DNA of 52,527 bases, filler included, from Sphacelaria rigidula (lineage: Eukaryota), in assembly GCA_964200075.2 (NCBI GenBank). It is 3 parts of 3 records of this genome, joined end to end, with 100 filler letters (N's around TTAATTAATTAA, not from the genome) between each part and the next. Parts side by side here need not be neighbours in the genome. Positions count along the whole stretch, not along the records: positions 17,547 to 34,987 come from CAXNAA020001082.1; positions 35,088 to 52,527 come from CAXNAA020001083.1; 1 more part is not named here. One strand, given 5' to 3'. The translations under genes were made by a program, and so were the position numbers. Of the stretch, positions 25,837-36,601 are shown in pieces (position 1 is the first letter of the stretch; every line of letters starts with the position of its first letter). The notes beneath the pieces were generated by a model. The model saw nothing but the letters and a program-made list of their open reading frames with translations. It ran no database searches and was not told where the DNA came from.

Positions 25837-27130
25837 TGCATCGTGTGTGACAACAGGAGAATGCGGCAATCAATCGTACGAATGCAGGTGGGTAGTCCAT
25901 CGTACGAAGTATATATATACATGGTATGTACTACATTCATACAGTGGTCGGTAGGTCCGCATCCGGTCGAAAATGCCATATTCGTTGAATACTACGAGCA
26001 TATTCGAAAATAACCCAGGTTGCGAGCAAAAATCGAAAAGGGGGGTCTTTCGATCGCGATGCCATGCGTTTCTCCTTCGTGAATGGCGCATTATGATGAG
26101 CATAACGGTTGTGACGGATGTCCCACTTTGCTTCGCTAGGGTGTATTGATTTCGAACCAGCTGTGATTATGGTGAAGGTGGCGGTGATTCTTCTTGTTCA
26201 GCCATGGACTTTGAAGAGGCACAACGATTTTGAGAGTGAAAAGGTGAAGACGAATTTCCGACTCTGAAATAATCGCTATAAAAAAAACTTCGGAGTGCAG
26301 CGTGCACCGTTACCGGCTACTTTCCCTTCTACCCGAACTTAACGATGAGAACATTCTCCGAAAGTCTCTAATAATGCCTGTACACCTCTTCTACTCATGC
26401 CCTCCATTGTCTGTTTATCCAAAATGAGGACATCAGCTATGTCCTACATAACCATGGAGCTACTACACGGAGCGCTGGCTATTACATACAGTGCACAGGG
26501 CAGGAGTGGACTGACCACTTTGGATAATAGAGGAGGGCTTGCGGCTACGATCGGCAAGGAAGGGTGAGCTCGCAGTCGAACACACACAGCATGGGGTGTG
26601 CACGTTCACCTTTGTCACCAACACGCCCAACATGGTAGGGACGTATAACCGTCAACACACAATATACACTACGCTACCACTCTCCAGTGCTTTGTACATC
26701 CCCGCGTTGTGGTGGATCCTCCTCTTTGCCCTGGTTACACGAATGAGGTTCAACAATTCAACCGAGCGGACATGAACCAGACATGATCCTGGATAGACAA
26801 AATCTAGAAACCTCCTGCCAAAATCAAAACAACACACAAATATCCATCGATCTAGGTGTTTACAGCCATGAAGCGACTTTTTAACTAGGCGACGACGTGT
26901 TTCCAAGCGTGATTCGATCTGGCGGTGCAACATCGAGTATGTTACCACTCAGCGTGTGGTGTGGTGCCATTCGGGTGCTTGGATGAGGTGTTTCTACATA
27001 TCTTTTCGCATATTTTACAAGTATCCGTCAACAACTTTCACGATAGTGGTTCGGCAGTACTGTCGCTTCGCCTTCCATGACCTCTACCTCGCTTCCTGCC
27101 GTATGTACTTGGGGCTGCATTGTGTCTCAC

Positions 27131-27211
27131 CTCCATTTTCTTCTGCACTGTTCCTGACAAAAGTCGTAGTACCATGTGTGGTAACGTCGCCCCCCAAGAC
27201 ATCGATAGCAC
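27131..27211 (-). CDS. 81-nt repeat exon 3: (G)AIDVLGGDVTTHGTTTFVRNSAEENG(G)
   Basis: cag acceptor, gtgaga donor, phase 1-1, open frame. Confidence 0.9.
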
Positions 27212-27617
27212 CTGCGGCGAGAGCAAGAAGGACGCACCGAGCCCTCAAATGCGCGTGAGGGACGGGTTGTCACACCCGTGCCGATTCTTTCACGCTAAAC
27301 ACTCGGAACACGTGCCGCTTTGGGGGTTACGTACACCATGAAGATAATGCTTCCCTCAATATCTATATGTTCTACTCTGTACATCGGTGGTGTCTTCAAG
27401 ATAGACGGCAGCGGCACATCCGTACCAAATAAATACGGTTGCAAATGTTTTCGCACTGGGTATATGGTGTGGTGATCGGAGCTTCGCATGAAGCAGAGGA
27501 TTCTGAGTAGTGGAGTTGAAGATGAAAATAAGGATCAACACCGAAACAGTGGACCATCCCCTCCGACCTCTTTTGAAATATTTCCGGGGGTTTTTCGTCT
27601 TCCGTTACCGCAAGGGG

Positions 27618-27699
27618 TTGTTCAGGAAGCGAACAGTTTACCCATTGAACCAGTGAGCGCTCACTGGTTCAATGGGTAAACTGTTCGCTTCCTGAACAA
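27618..27699. repeat. Perfect 82-bp palindrome
   Basis: 41-bp arms, no loop, centred on GAGC|GCTC. Confidence 0.95.
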
Positions 27700-27708
27700 A
27701 AGATATGC

Positions 27709-28039
27709 TGTGTGGTCCGTCTCGGCATGACGTTTCAGTGATCTCCGGGACCCCCTGCCCCTCGCAAGCATCACTGTTCACATTTCAAATTCCACCAATA
27801 ATCGATCGTCTGGAGTCTCGAATTCCCGACCTCTTGTTCCACAAGCCAACAGTTCACCCATCGAACCAATGAGCGCTCACTAGTTCAATGGTCAAATGTC
27901 CGCTTGTGGAGCAAGAGGTCGGGAGCTTGAGACTCTAGACGATCGATTGTTGGTGGAATTTGAGATGTGAACAGTGAGGCTTGCGAGGGGCAGGGAACCT
28001 CGGAGATCACTGAAATGTCATGCCGGGACGGGCCACACA
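27709..28039. repeat. 331-bp imperfect palindrome (foldback element or long hairpin)
   Basis: TGTGTGG...CCACACA; ~165-bp arms; its centre is homologous to the 82-bp palindrome. Confidence 0.93.
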
Positions 28040-28867
28040 AAATATATATTTTGTACAAGCACACATATGTACAGACACACGAATTTTTTGTCGATGAAGC
28101 GTCCCCTCTTCCTACGTCGAAATTGAGGCAAAAAATTGCTTTCGCACATGCTCTTTGGTGGGGTGAAAGGCTGGAGTCCCCCCAAGAACAGTTTCAGAGA
28201 GACCTGGGGGGGGGGGGGGGGTGAGGTCGTCCACACAAACATAATTTGTTAGGACGTAAGGTTCGGGAAAGCACTGTTTTCGAGTAAGAGCTCACTTTCA
28301 CTTTCCAACCGTATTTCTCAGGATCTTATGTTCGCACATGTGCATCCCCTCGCTCTGATGCCCCTCCCCTACACGCAGTGTTGATTTCTACATAAAGTAC
28401 ACAGGGTAGGCGTGTTTGATAAGTCAGGCACTTGGAGTGGATTTACCACTTTCGACCAGAATTGCGGCAACTGGCGTCGACGAAGGGTGGGTTCGCAGTC
28501 AAATACACAGAGTGTGGGGTGTGCACGTTCACGTTTGTCACCAACACGCCCAACATGGTAGGGATGCATCACCGTCAAAACACAACGAACACTACGCCCC
28601 CACAATGCAATGCGTTGTAGATCCCCGCATTATGGTGGATCTTTCTCGTTGCTCTATGTACACGAATGAGGTTCACCGATGCAACCATACATTTTAAGCT
28701 ACGTTTGTCAGCACCAACCATGCCTCAAACATAACGGACGAGTGCTGCCCAACGCGGCACGAAACCTCTTCCAAACGAATAATGTCATCCACAGTCTACA
28801 GGATACTGATACCCAACCGAGCAAACATGAAACAGATACAGTCCGCTACAGACACCGTCATGATACT

Positions 28868-29053
28868 TGTAATCCCTGAGGAAACCGCGTGCTTAGTCGT
28901 ATCGTAGTTCAAAACAGCTGAGGATCGACGTTTGTCAAAACTAATCGGGCCAGTCCCTGCAGGGATGCGCCCCTGACACTCACCCCAACACTAACCCTAC
29001 CCCTACCCCTTCTTATGCGGTCCCCTAAGCACGCAGTCCTCTCACGCCTTACA
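28868..29053. mobile_element. TG...CA MITE family with telomere-like core
   Basis: TGTAAT...TTACA; perfect 5-bp TSD ATACT; internal CTAACCCTACCCCTACCCC. Confidence 0.8.
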
Positions 29054-29379
29054 ATACTCCCGTCAAAATCAAATTATCACACAACAATTCATCAATATAC
29101 GTTTTTACAGCCATAAAGCGACTCTTCGACCAGTTGACGAGGTGACTTCAAGCGTGACTCAATCTGGCGGTGCGACGACGAGCACGTTGCCATTCAGCGT
29201 GTGGTGTCGTGCCGTTCGGATGCTTGAATGAGGTGTTTTTACATATCTTCTCGCATGAGTGTTTCGCAATTTCCCGTCAACAACTTTCTCGATAGTGGTA
29301 CGGCAGCACTGTCGCCCCGCCTTCCATGACCACCACTTCGCTCCCTACTAGAGGTGCCTAGGGCTGCATTGTATCTCAC

Positions 29380-29460
29380 CTCCCCACCCCCCTGCACTGT
29401 TGCTGACGAAAGTCGCACTGCCGTCAGTGATAACGTCGCCCCAGAAGACATCGATAGCAC
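29380..29460 (-). CDS. 81-nt repeat exon 2: (G)AIDVFWGDVITDGSATFVSNSAGGWG(G)
   Basis: tag acceptor, gtgaga donor, phase 1-1, open frame. Confidence 0.9.
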
Positions 29461-31309
29461 CTACGTCGACAGGAAGAAGGACGCATCGAGCGTTCAAATG
29501 CACGTGAGTGACGGGTTGCCACACGTGCGTCGATTGTTTCACGCAAGAAACTCGGAACACGTGCCGCCTCAGGGGTTACGTACGCCACGAAGACAGCGCT
29601 TGCCTCTCGATGCTCCATTCTGTACACGGGTGCTGTCTTGGAGATAGACGGCAGCGACACATTCGCACCGAAGTAACAACCTTGCAAATGTTTCCTCACT
29701 GGATATAAGAAAGGGTGATCGGCGCTTCCCATAAAGCAGAGGATGCTGAGTAATGGGGATACACATAAAAATAGGGTTTCACATCGAAACAGTGCTCTCC
29801 CTGATCTCAAGCCATAACAAATGACTATGAAATGGACGATCTCATCCCCCCCGACCTCCGTGAGACTATCTTGGGGGGATTCTCGTCTCCCATTACCGTA
29901 GAGGGTACGTGCAAACGCACGATTTTTGGTCTATGAAGCGTATACCTTCAGTCTCCTCGAAATCGAGGCAAACCTTTGTTTTCGCATATACCCTTCGGGG
30001 GAATAGAAGGCTGGAACTCTCCCCCCACCCCCCCCGCCGAAACAGTTCCTGGGAGGTGTGGGGGTGATGTCATCCATATGAAAATCATCTGTTATCCCTC
30101 AAGGTCCGGGAAAGCACTGCTGTGGAGTCAAACCTCATCTTCATTTATCAGGATCTTCTATTCGTAGATGAGGCGAGATATAACGGTGTTGCTTCCCTCG
30201 CCGACACCCCTCTTCTATTTATCCTCTTTATCTCCCGTTTGCACCAAAATGAGGGCATCAGCTATGTTTCACATGACCATGTAGATACACGGAGTGCTGA
30301 CTATTACGTACAGTACACAGGGTAGACTTGTTCGATAAGTGAGGCACTTAGAGTGGATTGAGCACTTCTGACTCTGAAAGAGGGCTTGCGGGTACGCTCA
30401 CCGAGGAACGGTGAACCCACAGCCGAACACACACAGCATGGGGTGTGCGCGTTCACGTTCGTCGCCAACATGCTCAACATGGCACGGTCGTATAACCGTC
30501 GAAACACAACGCACACTACAACACCACTCTGCAGTGCATTATACACCCCCGCATTGTGATAGATCCTACTCACTGGCCTGTTCACACGAATGAGGTTCAT
30601 CATGCATCAAGTCACAGGTTGTCAGCACAAACCGTACCTCATATATTACGAATGAGTGCTGCCTGTCACGGCACAAAGCCTCTTCCAAACGAGTATTCCA
30701 TCCAGAGCTTACGGGATACTGATACAACACCGAGCGAACATGAACCGGATATAGTCCGGTATCGATACTATCATGGTACTCCGGTCAAAATCTGAACACC
30801 ACACGAAGATCCATCGATATTTCGACCCTTCCTCTAGTCGACGAGATGTTTCCAAGCGAGTCTCGACTTTGCGGTGGAACAACGAGGGCATTGCCGTTCA
30901 GCGCGTGGTGTTGTGGCATTCGGGTGCATGAATGAGGTCTTTCTTCATATCATCTCGCATATGTAGTATCTGATTTTCATCGTTGGGGGCGTGAGAACGT
31001 GAGTAAATGAACTACTTGATATCCACCGTTGAAAGCGTGAGAGAGTGAGTAAACAGGGTGTGGACAGAGTTTGTTTGACGTTAGTTGACCCGGTGTGGGA
31101 CTGCTGACCCAATCCGTATGCAAGGTGTGTACCGGGGAGAAATGGGTTGATCCCTTGAGATCACGGACTCGCCCCGAGAAAGTGGAGGGCTTCGGAGTGC
31201 GACAAAAAAAGTAAAATACAAACAAAAAGCACGCGGTCTTCCCACCCATTAAACCATGACAACCACCTTGCTACCTACAAGATGTGCCTGGAGCGGCATT
31301 GTGTCTCAC

Positions 31310-31390
31310 CTCCCTTAAATTCTGCAGTGTTGCCGACGAAAGTGGTACTGCCGTTAATGATGACGTCGCCATCATGGACAGCGATAGCAC
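31310..31390 (-). CDS. 81-nt repeat exon 1: (G)AIAVHDGDVIINGSTTFVGNTAEFKG(G)
   Basis: cag acceptor, gtgaga donor, phase 1-1, open frame. Confidence 0.9.
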
Positions 31391-32979
31391 CTGCGGCGAG
31401 ATAAAAAGGACGCACCAAGCCTTCAAATGCGCACGGGTGACAATTTGCCATACCCGCACTAATTTCCTCATACAGAGCACTTGGAACGTGCCGCCTTGGG
31501 GCTTACGTACACCACGAAGACAGTGCTTGCCTCCCGATGCTCTATTCTGTACACCGGTGCTGCCTTTGATAGACGGCACGGGCATATCCGTACCAAACAA
31601 ATGCGGTTTCGAATGTTTCCGCACTGGAGATATGGTAGGCTGATCGGAGCTTGGCCAAGACGCGGCGGAACACAACAATCTTGCCTACCCTCTTTTGATA
31701 CCCCTCCGCTATTCATCCTCTCAATTTCTGTTCGCAGCAGAATGAGAAATCAACTACGTTTCCCCTAACTATGAAGCTACATGGAGTACTGACTACTACA
31801 TACAGCACAAAAGGCGGGCTTGGTAGATAAATGAGGCACCTCGAGTGGGTTCACCACTTTCGACCATATAGGAGGGTTTGCGGCTACGGTCGCAGAGAAA
31901 CAGTGAGCTCGCTGCCATGCGTGGGAGGATCCCGTGTTATTTGAATCGCATTGGGATTTGAACACCTCAGAACCCACGTGTCGGGAGGACCGCGCAGACG
32001 TCGTCTATGTATGAACGGCGCCCCGATCCAACCTCGACCGCGCATTTATCGAGCCAGGGGTAGCGAAGCCAGGCGAGGTGACTGGAGTGACACCACGACG
32101 GCGCAGTATGCCTGGACAGGGAGGAGATCAAGGATTTCAAGACTATCAAATGCAGGCACCCATAACTCGCGTGGGAGTTGCTCTCGCGTTCGAATTGTGG
32201 TGGGAAAGAGTTGGCAACGGTGAATTTCAGGGAGGAGTCGGCACCTACGACGCCGTCATGACCGCACCGACGACCTATGCTCGGTACTTGAGGGTATCAT
32301 AAGATGAGACGACCCATCTTCTCCGCACTCACAGGTACCAGATACCGAGGTTACCCATGTGCTCGGCACCTGCAGATACTGAAATTTGGTTTGCATGCGG
32401 TCCACTTCAAGGTCAACACACACATCAAGACCAAGGTACTGCAGTGTCCCCTCCGTATATTGAGAGGCGAAAATCAAGCTTCGTGGTCTGTAGTTGTATA
32501 ATGACGGTTCGACCGCCCGTCATCTTAGCCATGATTGTGTGCGCGGTATTATTGTATACAACCCCGCCCCATCCCCCATTCGCCTCCCCGTCTTTTCCTC
32601 AATTCCGGACCTACATGGTCAAAACTTGCTCTTTCCATCTCTTTTTGAAAACAAGAATGGATATAATGTACTCAAAATAGGTTGAGTACATGCCCACACG
32701 AATTTTGCTCCCCCAGCAATATAAAAAGGCTCCCAAGAGGAGAACCCCATATCGTGGCTCGCCCCGAAGCAGCCGCTGCTCATCGCGATGCAAGGCCGAG
32801 CGCTACGCCGCTGGAACCCCACGCCCGGAGCGGACGCGGTCGCCCCCGCCATCTTACTCCGAGGGAAGAACCAGAGATAGAAACCCATATCTATGCTGCG
32901 TTATAAATTCGTCATTGCGCTGGACCCGTCCGTACCGGGAGGGCTACGCAGAGCGTGTAGTATCTCCTGTCCGTCACGC

Positions 32980-33161
32980 TGTAATGCGTGAGCGAACCAA
33001 CTGCTTTTTGGACCACATAGGAGTTCAAACACCCGTATTGTTAGGGTTAGGGTTGGGGTTAGTTATGGCTCAGGGTCAGGGACGCGGTCCCTGGCGGTAC
33101 TGGCCCGAGCGGTCTTGGAAACATTCGGTCCAAAGAGGACGCGGTCCGCTCACGCATCACA
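32980..33161. mobile_element. TG...CA MITE family with telomere-like core
   Basis: TGTAATGCGTGAGCG / CGCTCACGCATCACA; internal TTAGGGTTAGGGTTGGGG. Confidence 0.75.
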
Positions 33162-33659
33162 ACACAAGTTCTGTCAGTGTCGAGAGGTGGTACCTATGTG
33201 GTCTGTCTGATTGATATCACAATTTGCTGACAATGTACCACGAATGACCGACACACCCAACTGGCACACATTGTATTCGCAAAGACACGGCAGGCTGCCG
33301 CATCAAAAAGTGTGCCATGACCGCATTTGTATCGGTGAGCACGTCAACCTCTACTGGGAACGTAACGTCTGTTATACCCATGGCAGAGAAAAGGACTCTC
33401 GATACTGAGATCGACTGACACCGGGCAGGCAGAGCCTCAAGGTTGTGATCTGTAAAGTTTGAATTCTTGTTCACCCGGGGTATTTTCCCTTGTATTACCC
33501 GTGCACGACAATTCTGTGACTTCTGTAAGACTTCATACTCTAGTAGCTCGCAGCTGAAACAGGAGAGACTTTCCGTTTTCGTAGTGTTTTTGGGTGCCAC
33601 AGCGCATCCAAGTGAATGTTTGGGGGTCGCGAGATACTACGCATTTGCTCCACACTCCA

Positions 33660-34215
33660 ATGCAAGAAACGTCCCTGCGCTCAATACTGAACGATTTACG
33701 GGCTGAGTTGACAGGGGGCGATATTGATCGTTTGTGGTCCAGATCACATTTCTTACCGGCTTCAGTGCATTACACGTGAAAATTTTAGGATGGGTTTTGA
33801 TTTTGTTTTCACGAGAGCGATTGGGTTTGGTTTGGCACCCCCCCTGTGCCAATCAGAGCTCGGTTGGGCAATTTTCCTAGCATAACATTGTTCCTCAGCA
33901 CTCAAAGACCGTAGCATCGATTAATGTTGGGAGAAGAAGCAGGTCGCGCCCAGGGAATAATCCACAGTTGGTGGTGTCGGGATAATACGAAGCAAGTACC
34001 TTGATTATCAGGGGATGTTGTCGAACGCCCCTGGACCAAAGATCACAGCTAGTCAGCTTTTGCGCAATATATAGTAGAAATTCAAAAAGCATCATCTCCA
34101 CCTGTTCATGAGAACGAATGGGAATACTTTAGTAGATCAAACCACTCAAGGTTCTGAACCTGGGAATGAGTAGTCGCAGGATTACCGAAAACCGGTCAGC
34201 CCGTAAGCCGTTGAA
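33660..34215 (+). repeat. Internal fragment of the element at 46881-47795
   Basis: Shares CGCTCAATACTGAACGA, CAGAGCTCGGTT and CGGTCAGCCCGTAAG blocks in the same order. Confidence 0.75.
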
Positions 34216-34987
34216 TGTTGAGTGCAGAATTATTTTGTTCGAACTTTTACTGGGATGAGCTGTGGAACGTGAAAACACAATCAAAACCGTTGACTATTTA
34301 ATGTTACAAAAATCATCAATTTTAGCTGCAAACTACCGAGTACTCGACAGTTCTGTAACTTCAGCGAGACGTCCATACCCCTACTCGATAGTCTGGAGAC
34401 TCCCGTTGGCCTCCCTACCGTTTAGTGAGTTGTGTAAGCTTTCCATACCGTAACCCGACAGGTTTTGTGATTTATGTGAGGTTTCTACACCGGCACCTGA
34501 CGATTTTGTAGGTTCTATAAGTCAGATCATACCCCACCGAAAATAGTCGCACCCTACAGCATACACCACTGGAAGTTTGCATCTGGGCTCTGTGACGGTG
34601 TGAGAGACAACCAACTAGACTACTAAAAAGAGAAGATACAACCTCTGTATAAAATTGGTCCCAAGGAGAGAAAAGCTCAGTAAAAATTGGCCGAACAAGA
34701 AAAAGGGTGGGGTATAGCCTGGTGGCTATGCTTGGAGTCGACTGCTAGGGACCCCAGTGCACACACTTTGGAAATGAGTGGGGGAGACGAGTAACGTTTG
34801 TGACGGTTTAGGAGACAACCAACTAGACCAGACACTTTCTACGATAGCCCCCCCCCAAAAAAACAGCTAAAAGTGTCACGAAAACAAATGGCCATACAGC
34901 GCATGATGTTCGGGTTCAGGCTGCATGAAGCGCCTCATATGGGCGACATTATCTAGAACGAACCCAAGCGTGGGAATTCCCAGCTTG

Positions 34988-35087
34988 NNNNNNNNNNNNN
35001 NNNNNNNNNNNNNNNNNNNNNNNNNNNNNNNTTAATTAATTAANNNNNNNNNNNNNNNNNNNNNNNNNNNNNNNNNNNNNNNNNNNN
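34988..35087. other. Artificial contig linker N44-TTAATTAATTAA-N44
   Basis: Same structure as 17447-17546. Confidence 0.97.
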
Positions 35088-35314
35088 GGTGCCCAGAATA
35101 AATGGGACGAAAACACACACAACACAGAATGTATACCTAGTTGTGGGTTTTCAAAACCCTTTTTGAGAAAGAACCAAGGTCACTTGAATCGTGTGTCAGC
35201 CTATTCCACGCTGTGTTATCTCACCAACACACTCGAAGCATCGTTGGAGAGACGCTGATGATTACTTCGTTTTTGTTGTTGAGGTTGGGGTTTTAGGGTT
35301 ACGGTTACGGTCAG

Positions 35315-35526
35315 GGTAAGTTGAGAGGCATCGTGTTGGCCGTGAAATACGACGAACTGACGATCAAACGTCGGGCAGGCTTGAATGACCTGGAAAAAAC
35401 TTCAAAGCTTTTGAAGGCATTGCTCACCTCGTGGAATAGGTTTGATGGACTCCACGTCAAGAATCGTCCTGAAAGCAACGACGGTGAAGGTTTCCGCATG
35501 TTGTTCTTTGGCCCCCTCTGTACGAG
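35315..35526 (+). CDS. Exon of an uncharacterised gene (GKLRGIVLAVKYDELTIKRR...FFGPLCTR)
   Basis: cag acceptor, AG|gtacgt donor (phase 2); phase-compatible with the exon at 38887. Confidence 0.65.
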
Positions 35527-36601
35527 GTACGTACCCTGTCCCCGTCTCAACAACGGCAACAACGACAACGACAACGACAACGTAATGACCGTGTTTGGAG
35601 GCAGCTGAAGTTCCCACGGTGTTGATTTTTACAGTGTTTTTTCGCAGATCCACCACATAATAACACGAAACATTATCGGCGTGATGGTGGGTGTACTGTT
35701 ATAATATGCTTGGCGAGAAATGGACGTGCACAGCGTTCTTGGTGGAATATGACAGACCAACCAGAAAGCCTCCTCGTCCCGAGTAACCACCATCGCGGTG
35801 CTAGATCTTTTGTAGTGATGGTCCCGAGAACCCTCCCCCGCCCCCGCCGCCGCCGAACACATCACGGCGCTGCACGCTTGGTGATTGATCACGAGCGTGG
35901 TCCGGCTAAAACCCGGCGTGGTCCGTCACGGCTCTGTGGTGAGGGAGCTTAATGGTCTTTTGACTACGGCATGTACGATCATGAGTCCCCCCCCCCCGGA
36001 TGGGCCCCTGTTACATAGCTTGAGGTCTGACCTGCCGTACATGTGCGTTTTACATCATACATCCATTGCTCCCCTTGGATAGCACAGTCGTGCGCTCTAC
36101 AGTTGGGGAATGTCCGTTGTCCCAAACAATGTATCTTGCGTTTTCCTGTTCGCCCTACATGGGGGTACGTGCATGTTATGTGTAGATTACATGTCAGGCG
36201 AAATTATCTCCTTAAGCGTGTGCAGAATTCTGTGCCTTTCTGTGCTCAAGTTGCTTTTCGATTTTTGGTCGATCGAATCATCGACGGATTGATCGTCGCG
36301 CAGTGAGTGATCCCGGAGTCACAATCTTGCCGTGGTCATTTTCCACAAGATAGACGTAGTAGTCAAGCAAGGTAAACAAGACGGGAATACTCGCTGAAGA
36401 AGAAAAAGAAGAGTGAAAGAAGAAACCAGAAATGCACGAAAATGAAAAGGATTGAGGTGAGGGATGATAGCAAATAAAAAAAAAAGCAAGAATTACATGA
36501 AAACAGAAAACACTAAGCAAGATAGGCAAGGGGGAAAATGTACGAAGAAGAACTGGAATATGTGTTTGGACATAAAAATATTCGTGCCATAAGAAAAGGT
36601 G

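Larger units (their letters stand above)
17680..31915 (-). repeat. Tandem array of ~1.9-2.6 kb exon+intron units of a Pmp/POMP-like repeat gene
   Basis: The same intron blocks recur in the same order around exons at 18152, 22171, 24512, 27131, 29380 and 31310. Confidence 0.92.

Noticed and set aside
32333-32369. Small candidate minus-strand exon upstream of the repeat array
   Set aside because: Several possible donors and frames, and none gives a convincing peptide.
32611-32793. Signal-peptide-like stretch (RYGVLLLGAFLYCWG) as first exon of the Pmp-like gene
   Set aside because: No in-frame ATG before an upstream stop, and no supported splice link to the array.
35281-35312. Telomere
   Set aside because: Only a few degenerate TTAGGG-like units inside an apparent intron.
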